Below, in pieces: positions 1 through 8,397 of a DNA stretch of 64,000 bases; within the stretch, counting starts at the first letter, position 1, and each line of letters opens with the position of its first letter. This DNA is from an uncultured Bacteroidales bacterium (GTDB taxonomy: Bacteria > Bacteroidota > Bacteroidia > Bacteroidales > UBA932): contig CAMBMK010000002.1 in the NCBI GenBank assembly GCA_945868745.1, positions 1,770 through 65,769 of the forward strand. The letters run 5' to 3'. The notes beneath the pieces were generated by a model. It was given only the letters and a program-made list of their open reading frames with translations. It had not been told where the DNA came from and made no database searches. Both the position numbers and the translations under genes were made by a program.

Positions 1-2
1 TT

Positions 3-128
3 GCTCTTCTTCTGGTCAGGTACTATACCAATCTGAAAGATGTGTTCAGGGTCCTTGTTGACGGCAGGAATGACTCGTTCAACATCCCGTTCTCAAAGGC
101 CTGGTTCCTTCATTTCTATAAGGATTGA
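3..128 (+). CDS. 3' end of a CDS running off the left edge (hypothetical)
   Basis: Frame 3 is open from the window start to TGA at 126-128 (ALLLVRYYTNLKDVFRVLVDGRNDSFNIPFSKAWFLHFYKD*) with host-like codon usage. Confidence 0.5.
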   Translation, partial: ALLLVRYYTNLKDVFRVLVDGRNDSFNIPFSKAWFLHFYKD

Positions 129-211
129 ATCTGCAGCATTAAACCTCCGGGTACTACCTGCGATATAAACAAACGTGTTGAATCAACCAAAGTAACAGAG
201 AATAGATTGTT

Positions 212-1213
212 ATGGAAAAGACAAGGGACGTGGCACTGGTCCTGTCAAGCGGAGGACCGAGGGGCTTTGCCTACATAGGAGCTATCGAAGAATTGGAAAG
301 CAGGGGCTACAACATCACTTCCGTGGCCGGCTGCTCCATCGGCTCCCTTGTCGGCGGAGTTTATGCGGCCGGAGGTCTGGAGGACTTCAAGCGGTGGCTG
401 TTCAACCTCAACAATGCCAGGCTGATGTCATTGCTGGACGTGTCTCTCAGCAAGAGCTACCTTATGAAAGGTGACAAGGTGATTGCCGCCATAAAGAAGG
501 TGGTACCGGACGTCAATATCGAGAATCTCCGCATCCCGTATGCGGCAGTTGCCACGGATTTATATACAGGCGAAGAGGTCGTGTTCCGCGAGGGAAAGCT
601 GTTCGACGCCATCCGTGCTTCCATTTCCATCCCTTCGCTGTTCCGCCCGGTGGAGTACGGACGCCACAAACTGATCGACGGGGGAGCAGTCAACACGGCC
701 CCGTTCAGCATTGTCCACCGCAACGGCCATGACATCCTGGTAGCCTTTGATGTCAACCGCCTGGACAGCAAGAAAATAGCCGATAATCTCCAACAGTTGG
801 AAAGGCTCCGCCAGGACGATGACAGGGTCAATCTCGGCGAACTCATCGGCGAAATCAAAAAGCATAAGACCGACTCGCTGCTGGACTTCGTAAAGATAGT
901 CGGCGACCAGACAATCAGGGCTTTTGAAAAGAACCGTGAAGCGGAAGACAGGCTGAAGACTGCAACCGGTCTGGCCGAGCAGGAGAAGATGCCGTTTGCC
1001 GAAGACGACAATTACTATTCCGTCCTTTCACGGACTTTTTCCCTGATGCTCCGTACCATATCCGGCCTGCAGATACAGATGTACAAGCCTGACGTCCTGG
1101 TGACTATGAGTTTTGACGCCTATGGCTCCATCGGGGACTATGCCCGCGGCGAAGAGATTTCCGAAATCGGCCGGAAACTGATGTCCGAAGCCCTGGACAA
1201 GTACGAAGGATGA
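212..1213 (+). CDS. Patatin-like phospholipase (RssA/NTE family)
   Basis: Gly-rich loop SSGGPRG, nucleophile elbow GCSIG, ASISIP motif, catalytic DGG. Confidence 0.93.
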   Translation: MEKTRDVALVLSSGGPRGFAYIGAIEELESRGYNITSVAGCSIGSLVGGVYAAGGLEDFKRWLFNLNNARLMSLLDVSLSKSYLMKGDKVIAAIKKVVPDVNIENLRIPYAAVATDLYTGEEVVFREGKLFDAIRASISIPSLFRPVEYGRHKLIDGGAVNTAPFSIVHRNGHDILVAFDVNRLDSKKIADNLQQLERLRQDDDRVNLGELIGEIKKHKTDSLLDFVKIVGDQTIRAFEKNREAEDRLKTATGLAEQEKMPFAEDDNYYSVLSRTFSLMLRTISGLQIQMYKPDVLVTMSFDAYGSIGDYARGEEISEIGRKLMSEALDKYEG

Positions 1214-1344
1214 TTGTCGGGGGCTCTAATAATAGGGACTGTCGTTTAATGTTTTCAATTCCGTATTCTGGAATAATCTCACTCCTCCCCGGTATTCTGA
1301 TGCAAAGATAATCTGCGGTTTTGACAATTATCGTCAAAATAAGG

Positions 1345-1482
1345 CTAAAATCTGCCGGTGTATCTGCAGATCGCCTCATTGCATGCCTCGACCAGATCGT
1401 CGATGTTGTATCTCCTGTATTGATTGGCGAAGCATTTGTCCAATGCCTGATACCGGATAATTGCGTGTTTGTTCGTTGACAT
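1345..1482 (-). pseudogene. Truncated N-terminus (45 aa) of a Bacteroidota HTH-WYL transcriptional regulator
   Basis: Hand translation MSTNKHAIIRYQALDKCFANQYRRYNIDDLVEACNEAICRYTGRF* matches the typical start of Bacteroidota WYL proteins (MxxNKxAxIRYxxLDxC...xxxDLxEAC). No WYL domain follows. Too short for the ORF track. Confidence 0.75.
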
Positions 1483-1567
1483 AGGGTCTGGCTTCTGTTT
1501 GGGAATCTTCAAATCAATTCTTCAATAAAGATAATACTATAATCTCAAATCTGGTTATTCGGCATAA

Positions 1568-1859
1568 AAACATTATTTTTGCAATATCAGACCCCGCTTC
1601 GGAAACCTGTCCAGGGATGTTGAGGATGAAGGAATCAGAAAAAGGATTATTGAGATTGTCGGAAAATATGTTGTAAGGGTATGAATGCAGGCAATATGGA
1701 CGTCTTGGATTGCCTCTGAGAGATCCGATGCTCAGGGAGTTGTGCCGTGCCCGTGAGTATTTCTGTGGCGCTTACGAAGAATCCGACCTGGAGGCATTGA
1801 CTTGGCTTGAAAAGTATTTCGGTTATTTCGCCATGGCCTGGAGGCGCGGAAAGGGCTGA
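1568..1859 (+). pseudogene. 5'-truncated, frameshifted gene relic of unknown family
   Basis: Two protein-like frames join near 1677 (...DVEDEGIRKRIIEIVGKYVVR / GYECRQYGRLGLPLRDPMLRELCRAREYFCGAYEESDLEALTWLEKYFGYFAMAWRRGKG*). No ATG in the first frame. Confidence 0.35.
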
Positions 1860-1896
1860 AGTTGGATAGGAGAATTGGCTATTAATCACTATTGTT

Positions 1897-2769
1897 ATGT
1901 CCAAAATTTCTTTCCGTTTTTTCAATGATCGTGCGGTCAGGGCCGTTTGGGATGAGAAGAATGCCAAATGGTGGTTCTGCGTGCTTGATGTCGTCGGTGT
2001 GCTGAACGGCGAGGATGATTATACGAAAAACAGGAACTATTGGAAGTATCTGAAAAACAAATTGAAAATTGATAATGCTGAACTGGTTAGTGCTACTAAC
2101 CAGTTGCGGATTACTGCACCTGATGGAAAGAAGCGATTGACCGATGTCCTTGACGCTTCAGGAATTGTGGCGTTGGCCAAGTCGATGCCAAACAACAAGG
2201 CAGCCGGCTTCATCGAGTGGTTCAGCAATGGAGAGAATACGGTAGACAGAAAGAGCAAGGAGAAGGCTTATTCGCTTTTTGAAAGTTCGTTGCTGGACAG
2301 CATAGAGGTAGGGACTGTCAAGGGGCTTCAGCAGATACATGCTTTCCTTTTCGGAGGTTTGTATGATTTCGCTGGGCAGATACGGCAGGTAAATATATCG
2401 AAAGGAGGATTTACTTTTGCTCCGGCTGCTTTTCTTCATCAGACTTTGCAAACTATCGAAAAGATGCAGGAAAGGAATTTCGATGAAATTGCTGACAAGT
2501 ATGTAGAGATGAATGTGGCGCATCCGTTCCGGGAGGGAAACGGAAGGACCACGCGAATCTGGTTGGATTTGATCTTGAAGAAGCGGCTCGGCAAGTGCGT
2601 GGACTGGAGTCGGATTGACAAGTACGATTATCTTTCCGCAATGGAACGTAGTGTGGCGGACAGTACGGATATAAAGAAACTGCTTCGGGAGGCCTTGACA
2701 GACAAGGTGGATGACAGGGAGATTTTTATGAAGGGGATTGATTATTCGTATTATTACGAGGAGAGGTAA
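1897..2769 (+). CDS. fic: Fic-family protein adenylyltransferase (NmFic-like, class III) with an N-terminal Bro-N-like domain
   Basis: Canonical motif [12 protein letters not shown]; C-terminal [11 protein letters not shown] inhibitory helix; N-terminus [20 protein letters not shown]...RNYWKYLK typical of Bro-N-like domains. Confidence 0.92.
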   Translation: MSKISFRFFNDRAVRAVWDEKNAKWWFCVLDVVGVLNGEDDYTKNRNYWKYLKNKLKIDNAELVSATNQLRITAPDGKKRLTDVLDASGIVALAKSMPNNKAAGFIEWFSNGENTVDRKSKEKAYSLFESSLLDSIEVGTVKGLQQIHAFLFGGLYDFAGQIRQVNISKGGFTFAPAAFLHQTLQTIEKMQERNFDEIADKYVEMNVAHPFREGNGRTTRIWLDLILKKRLGKCVDWSRIDKYDYLSAMERSVADSTDIKKLLREALTDKVDDREIFMKGIDYSYYYEER

Positions 2770-2976
2770 ATCAACAGGCAGAACTTGTACATTTCCTCAC
2801 CTTCTTCATAACGCATCGTCTCGATATACAGATTGCCGAGATTGTTCCGGATCATGGCTGCATCGGGCTCGAATGCGGCACCTGGCTTCCAAAGAATCCG
2901 CCGGTTCTCCGGACGTCTGGCCATAACAACATAATGAAGCCATAATAATCGGAATAATCATCAAACACTTTTTCAT
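2754..2976 (-). pseudogene. Relic of a secreted TPR protein (signal peptide plus a frameshifted TPR unit)
   Basis: MKKCLMIIPIIMASLCCYGQTSGEPADSLE, then in another frame [37 protein letters not shown] (TPR consensus), ending inside the fic 3' end. Confidence 0.65.
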
Positions 2977-2981
2977 ACTAT

Positions 2982-3101
2982 CAAAAATTTTTACATTTAT
3001 AAAAATTTTGTGAGAGTATGATAGCCGTTCGCTATCGCTTACTCTCACGATGAAAATCATTTGATATCGCCCTTGGGCGAAAATAAATCAAAGATTTTCA
3101 T
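2982..3101. repeat. Three tandem imperfect inverted repeats (REP/MITE-like or structured leader)
   Basis: CAAAAATTTTTA/TAAAAATTTTG (2982-3010); GTGAGAGTA..GATAGC/GCTATC..TACTCTCAC (3010-3048); ATGAAAATC..TTTGAT..TCGCCC/GGGCGA..ATCAAA-GATTTTCAT (3050-3101). Confidence 0.75.
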
Positions 3102-3136
3102 GTTCGGTTTCATAGTGAAAACAATTTCAATTCCTG

Positions 3137-3144
3137 CAAATATA
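3137..3144 (-). promoter_or_regulatory. Bacteroidota sigma-A -7 element (TATATTTG) facing the hairpins and TPR relic
   Basis: CAAATATA on the + strand equals TAnnTTTG on the - strand. Confidence 0.5.
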
Positions 3145-3219
3145 GCGGATTGTAGGGACAATCATTCCGATTCGGCCTGAAAACGGTCTCTTGAGTATAG
3201 GGAACTTGAAAATAATGAC

Positions 3220-3227
3220 TATATTTG
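3220..3227 (+). promoter_or_regulatory. Bacteroidota sigma-A -7 element for the lipoprotein pair
   Basis: TATATTTG about 60 nt upstream of ATG 3288. Confidence 0.55.
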
Positions 3228-3287
3228 TTTTTGATGCCATAGGCTTGAATCACTACTACTTTGTCAACTACTGATAATTACACAAAT

Positions 3288-4283
3288 ATGAACATCAAAC
3301 ATCTGATTCTGTTCGTTGTGGCCGCGGTGACGGCTGCATCGTGCTCAAAACAGGACCTGTCGGGCTTTGATGCCCCAGAGTCTGCCTACAGGGATGCAAA
3401 GGTGCAGGAGACAGTGACAGGTGACCTTACTCTGAGGCTTGACCAGAAGTACAGGACACAGGACATCACTCTTGCAGAGCTTGGCGTAAGTCCTTCTGAA
3501 GACGCCGTTTTCTATGCTCCTTCAAAGGACTCCGACTGGTGCGGAAAAGACTGGTACACTTCCGAATACGGCTTCTATATGACAGGTACAGGATATGCCT
3601 GCCAGAGGGCCGAAGCGAAATTCTTCGTGGAATATCACCCTGCAGGGACCGCAGGCTACAGGGAATCCGTCGTGTCAATAGGCCAGATTCCGGATGCATG
3701 CACCGCCGGCGAGACCTATACCCTCACCTTCGGCTTTGCGACTCCGTCTGAGAAACAGCCTGTCACACTTACTGTTTCGGTGCTTGAGAACCTCCCGTGG
3801 GCTGCATACAAAGAGCACCCTGACGGACTTACCTACACTGTCTATCAAGAAGTCAACACCGACTATACCGCCCTTGAAATCCCGATCAACGAGGACGCGG
3901 TAAAGAACGCCCTCGGCCTTGGCTCTCTCACCAAGCTTCTCGATGCGATGCAGAGCGACACGGCCTACGACACGACAATGCGCGGGGTCAATTTCGACGG
4001 CTCTTACGACACATATGCAAAATATACCGCAAACGTGGCCGGCTACTGGTTCAACCAGAACGGGGACGTGTGCGAATGGAAGGGCGAGAAATGGGGCGCC
4101 TACATCGAATGGGACCGTACCTCGCCGATGATTTTCCGTCTCGGCCAGGCTGTGGAGAACAATGTCGTGGGCTCGCGCTACGATATGAAGATAGCCCTCA
4201 TCTGCGAAGGCAAGGAGGCAATCCTCACATTCAAGCTGAAAATAGTCTCTGAAGTCACGGACGACCTCGGCCTGCTCCAGTAG
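3288..4283 (+). CDS. Lipoprotein with two tandem DUF4859-like domains
   Basis: Lipobox AASC; internal duplication (YTSEYGFYMTGTGYAC...IGQ.P...G.TY versus YTANVAGYWFNQNGDVC...LGQ....G.RY). Start moved from TTG 3261 to ATG 3288. Confidence 0.75.
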   Translation: MNIKHLILFVVAAVTAASCSKQDLSGFDAPESAYRDAKVQETVTGDLTLRLDQKYRTQDITLAELGVSPSEDAVFYAPSKDSDWCGKDWYTSEYGFYMTGTGYACQRAEAKFFVEYHPAGTAGYRESVVSIGQIPDACTAGETYTLTFGFATPSEKQPVTLTVSVLENLPWAAYKEHPDGLTYTVYQEVNTDYTALEIPINEDAVKNALGLGSLTKLLDAMQSDTAYDTTMRGVNFDGSYDTYAKYTANVAGYWFNQNGDVCEWKGEKWGAYIEWDRTSPMIFRLGQAVENNVVGSRYDMKIALICEGKEAILTFKLKIVSEVTDDLGLLQ

Positions 4284-4307
4284 TGACAAACGCTTAAAAC
4301 ACTGAAT

Positions 4308-6002
4308 ATGAAACACAGCATCATAAACATCACGGCGTGGCTTGGCGCCGCATCCATACTGCTTGTATCCTGTACTGAAAAACTGCCGGACACAATCCAG
4401 GACATCCCATATTCCTCAGCCCTGACGGGGACATTCAACGAGTGGCCGGCCTACAGTCCCACAATCCATTACGACCTGAAGGAAGACCCTGAATTCAAGG
4501 ACATTGCAATGCCGACGAAGAATCTTCCATACGATGCCGCCTACCCTTCGAAGAAGGCCTACCGCGTGGTGGACAACGGCAAATACTGGTCGTATTTCGA
4601 GGGTCAGAATGCCAATTCCATCATCAAGGGCAATGAGGCTGCCATCGAGGCAATGCTTGAAAGGCTTGAGTTCGACTCGGCATATATGCGTGAAGAGATG
4701 GGCTGGCCTCCTACCAAGGCTGTGAGAAACGGCTACCGTGACGCCGTTTTCCTTTTCGGCTCCAATCTTGCAACTGACAATGCCAGCAATACCGATCTCG
4801 GAGGCTGGCAGTCCGGAATCACAATCGGCGGAGTGTCCTATCCGATAGTGCTTCTTTCCTACTATCCGACCTATTGCTTCGACCCTTCCTGCACATACTC
4901 CGACAAGTCATATCAGACCAACGCAGTGGTCCACGAGTATATCCACGCCATCTTTGCCTCGATGCCGGGCTGCCGGGACGCCGCCTGGTTCCACGAGGGC
5001 TCGAACTGCTGGCTGCAGGCCACCCTCGAGTATGCCAAGAAGTATCCTGACGGCAATTACGAGGCCGACTCGTTCGGATGGCTCAGCACCGGAAGCGTGA
5101 TTGCGCCTTTCATACCTATCGAGTGCTATTCCGGATGGCTGCTCGACGGCTCCTTCGGAGGCCCGAAGGCGCAGGGTGTCAACAACAATTTCCGCCAGAC
5201 TATCGGCGGCGTCCAGTACAGCGAGGTCTTCCCGACATTCCTCGGAGAAATCATCGGACAGGGCTCGGTCCCGTGGGTATGGAACAACTGTACCGGATAT
5301 GTGCTTGAAGGCATTGCCAAGGAAATCGGCCAGGAGCAGATGGAGAGGATGATCCAGGAGTACCGTGCCCGTCTTGCCCTCTGCGATATGGGACGTTATT
5401 CAAAGGCTACCCTCAACCTTACAAAGAACGCGATGGGCGCAGTCTATGGCTCTGATGTGGAAGGCAAATATGTCGCTCCGTGGAAGGCTACCCCGTATGC
5501 AAGCATGTCGGTGGTGACCGATGAGTCTGAGTCAAAGGCTCTTGCAGATGCCACCAAAGCCGTTGAGGATGAGCTGGAGGAGGCTGTGGGCGAGTTCAAT
5601 GACGTTGATTGGCTCAAGCCGGAGGAGCTTACCCTCCCGGGATGGACCGGCGCCAATATCATTCCTCTGAAGGTGGACGGGGACAAGCTCCTGGTGGCCT
5701 TCCAGCCATATGGCAAGAATGCCACGGGGTCGAATATGTCGTGCCAGCTCTGCTACCGTACCGCCGACGGCAAGACGGTGTACGGCAATCCGTTCAAGAG
5801 CGGAAGCTATCTGCTCGACCTGTCGGAGGACCGTCCTGCAAACGATGTGGTGTTTGCCGTTGTCTGCAACCTCGACTATACTTTCACGGGCAATGCCAAC
5901 ATCCGCAAGAACAAGTATGACTACCGTATGAAGGTAAGTGCCAATGCCCACCTTGCCAATATCCACACAAGCTGGTTTGACTGGCAGGCAAGCATCGACT
6001 GA
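4308..6002 (+). CDS. Lipoprotein, putative zinc metallopeptidase (DUF6055-like)
   Basis: Lipobox LVSC; HEYIH at 4932-4946 followed by WFHEG (gluzincin-type third ligand). Confidence 0.75.
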   Translation: MKHSIINITAWLGAASILLVSCTEKLPDTIQDIPYSSALTGTFNEWPAYSPTIHYDLKEDPEFKDIAMPTKNLPYDAAYPSKKAYRVVDNGKYWSYFEGQNANSIIKGNEAAIEAMLERLEFDSAYMREEMGWPPTKAVRNGYRDAVFLFGSNLATDNASNTDLGGWQSGITIGGVSYPIVLLSYYPTYCFDPSCTYSDKSYQTNAVVHEYIHAIFASMPGCRDAAWFHEGSNCWLQATLEYAKKYPDGNYEADSFGWLSTGSVIAPFIPIECYSGWLLDGSFGGPKAQGVNNNFRQTIGGVQYSEVFPTFLGEIIGQGSVPWVWNNCTGYVLEGIAKEIGQEQMERMIQEYRARLALCDMGRYSKATLNLTKNAMGAVYGSDVEGKYVAPWKATPYASMSVVTDESESKALADATKAVEDELEEAVGEFNDVDWLKPEELTLPGWTGANIIPLKVDGDKLLVAFQPYGKNATGSNMSCQLCYRTADGKTVYGNPFKSGSYLLDLSEDRPANDVVFAVVCNLDYTFTGNANIRKNKYDYRMKVSANAHLANIHTSWFDWQASID

Positions 6003-6031
6003 TTTTTATAGACAATTCCGGATAACCGTGA

Positions 6032-6077
6032 AGGAGGCTGGCCGAAAAGGTACTTTTTGGCCAGCCTCCTGTCTTTT
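6032..6077 (+). terminator. Rho-independent terminator
   Basis: 18-bp stem AGGAGGCTGGCCGAAAAG/CTTTTTGGCCAGCCTCCT followed by a T-rich tail. Confidence 0.85.
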
Positions 6078-6133
6078 TGTCCGATAATTTGCTATATTTG
6101 TATTTTGTCGCTACAGTGGTTTTTACGGCAACT

Positions 6134-8383
6134 ATGGATAATAAAATGCTGAAATATAGTCTGGTGACGTTGGCAGTCCTGGTGCTGCTGACGGCTGCCG
6201 GTGTCTTTTTCCTTTATTCCGGAGGGCAAAAGTCAGGCAGTCCGGTCCGGAGCACTGCCGATTCGGAGGCTGCTGCCAGGGATGCCGCCCAGGCATATCC
6301 GCTTCTTGCCGCAGTCCCTTCCGATGCCGCCATGCTGATGACATTCGGTTCCCTTAGGTCCGCAAGGGAGGTGCTCACCGATTCGACAAAGGTGTTCGGA
6401 GCCCTTTCCGGCGGGATCGACAGGATGCTCGCAAAGGCCGGGAAGAATTCGTGCGACGGAGGAAGTGCTGTAGTGTCAATGCATTATAGCGGTAGCATCG
6501 TGCCTCTTCTGGTACTCCGTACCGACGGGAAGACAAAGTCCGCGGGGGGTGACGGCAGCGCAGCGGCAATAGACACTACCGCCGGGATGAAGGCGCTTCT
6601 CGCAGCCGCTACCTCGATGAAGATGAGTGCGGACCTGGTGGATTGCTCCCGTACGGACAACCCTTCTTTGCGCAAAGGTGTGCTGATGCTCATAAGTCCT
6701 TCCGCATCCCTTGTCTCTTCTTCGCGCAGGCATATCGAGAACAATTCTTCGGTGCTCGACAAGGCCTGTTTCCCGGAGACCGCGGCGCAATTGGGAGGAA
6801 AGGATGCCATTCTCATCTCACACGATTATGCCTCGAAACTTCTCGGAAGCCTTTCCCGCCGTCCTTATACCTCACACGCCCCGTTCCTTGCCAAAACTGC
6901 AAGATGGACAGGACTTTCCATAAAGGGCATATCGGACGACAGCGTGGTCCTCGAAGGAAAGGCAGTGTGCCCTCCCCAGGAGCCGCAGCTTTTCCTCAAT
7001 CTGTATTCGTCTGCCCAGTCAGGGGAAATCCGTTTCCCGGAGATTGCCCCTTCGGAAGCGTATTTCGCAGTCTCCCAGGGCACTTCGCGCATAAGCTCCT
7101 TCCTCCAGGCGCGCAGGGACTGGCTTGATGCCAACGGCAGGCTCGAAAAGTACAACGGCCTGCTCGCTTCCCTGAAAAGGAATGTGCCGGACAGCACTCT
7201 GCGCATTGACCCCGAGACATGGGCCCAAAGGCTTGACATCAAGGAAATTGCGCTCGTGGAGATCCCTTCGGACAAAGGCCGGCAGAGACTTGTGTTCGTG
7301 CGTCCGGGCAGGGAGGACGACAAAATCATTGACAGGAATTCTTCCCGCAGTCCCCATGCCAACAGGTTCAGGGGCTTTGCCAATGCCATAGCCGGCAATA
7401 TCTGCCCGGAGGATGATTCCGTGGCAGTGTACCGTTCGGGGTGGATCGTATCCGGTTCTGCTGACGCGGTCGCATCGATAAAGGACGGAAAATCACTTTC
7501 TTCCTCCGGTATCCTGCCGGTTCAGAAGGATGCCTCGGCGGCAGTGTTCTTCTCCGTAGGGGCTGACCGCCAGACAATCTCCAAACTGTTCTCCTCCCCA
7601 ATGGCTGATGCCGTGACAAAGACTCTTGCAGGTGCGTCCGGCGAGTATTTCTCCCTGTTTGCAAGGGGAACTGACCTGACTGTCACGGTAGAGAGAAAGC
7701 ATATTGCGGAGTCTGTGGCGTCTCCAGCTGCAATAGATTCACTTTCAATCCCTTCGGGACCTTTCAAAGTCAAAAACTCCGCAACGGGCAGGACCAATCT
7801 TTTCAGCCAGTCGAAAAACGGAAGCCTTGTGCTTTCGGAGGAAGGCGGCAAGGGAATCTGGGCGGTCCCGTTTGGCGGCAAACTCTGCGGAAGGGTATGC
7901 AACATAGACTATTATGCCAACGGAAAGATACAGTTCCTCTTTGCCAGCGGCGACAAGCTCTACCTTATCGACAGGCTCGGACGCTTCGTGAAGCCATTCC
8001 CTGTATCTGTCGGCAAGCAGATTGTCCTCGGACCTGATGCCTATGACTTTACGGGAGCCCACGGCTATTCGGCGATGGTCCTTCACGCGGACAATACCCT
8101 CGGTTTGTACAATCTTCACGGCCAGACGGCCTCCGGTTGGCAGGGGATTGCCCCATCTGACGCGATTGTCGATCTGCCGCAGCTGCTCACCGTCAAGGGA
8201 AAGAAATATTGGGTGGTCCGTACCTGCACGCGCACGGACATATATCCGTTCTCCGGGGGAGAGCCCCTCACCGCCAGGCTTTCCGGCGGCAGGGCAATCA
8301 GTCCCGCGGGGAATGTAACTGTCGTAAAAGATGAAGTGTCAGCCATTTGTACTGATGGAAAGACACGTACTATAAAACTCTAA
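6134..8383 (+). CDS. Membrane-anchored conserved Bacteroidota protein (DUF3352-like, C-terminal beta-propeller-like region)
   Basis: N-terminal TM helix; IDYYANGKIQFLF and LYLIDRLGRFVKPFPV motifs; TATATTTG promoter element at 6093-6100. Confidence 0.7.
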   Translation: MDNKMLKYSLVTLAVLVLLTAAGVFFLYSGGQKSGSPVRSTADSEAAARDAAQAYPLLAAVPSDAAMLMTFGSLRSAREVLTDSTKVFGALSGGIDRMLAKAGKNSCDGGSAVVSMHYSGSIVPLLVLRTDGKTKSAGGDGSAAAIDTTAGMKALLAAATSMKMSADLVDCSRTDNPSLRKGVLMLISPSASLVSSSRRHIENNSSVLDKACFPETAAQLGGKDAILISHDYASKLLGSLSRRPYTSHAPFLAKTARWTGLSIKGISDDSVVLEGKAVCPPQEPQLFLNLYSSAQSGEIRFPEIAPSEAYFAVSQGTSRISSFLQARRDWLDANGRLEKYNGLLASLKRNVPDSTLRIDPETWAQRLDIKEIALVEIPSDKGRQRLVFVRPGREDDKIIDRNSSRSPHANRFRGFANAIAGNICPEDDSVAVYRSGWIVSGSADAVASIKDGKSLSSSGILPVQKDASAAVFFSVGADRQTISKLFSSPMADAVTKTLAGASGEYFSLFARGTDLTVTVERKHIAESVASPAAIDSLSIPSGPFKVKNSATGRTNLFSQSKNGSLVLSEEGGKGIWAVPFGGKLCGRVCNIDYYANGKIQFLFASGDKLYLIDRLGRFVKPFPVSVGKQIVLGPDAYDFTGAHGYSAMVLHADNTLGLYNLHGQTASGWQGIAPSDAIVDLPQLLTVKGKKYWVVRTCTRTDIYPFSGGEPLTARLSGGRAISPAGNVTVVKDEVSAICTDGKTRTIKL

Positions 8384-8397
8384 AACTACAATTCAAA

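Noticed and set aside
1297-1347. Stop-codon readthrough or recoding that would rescue the WYL stub
   Set aside because: Translation past the TAG gives no WYL-like sequence and soon reaches TGA. TAG and TGA act as normal stops throughout the window.
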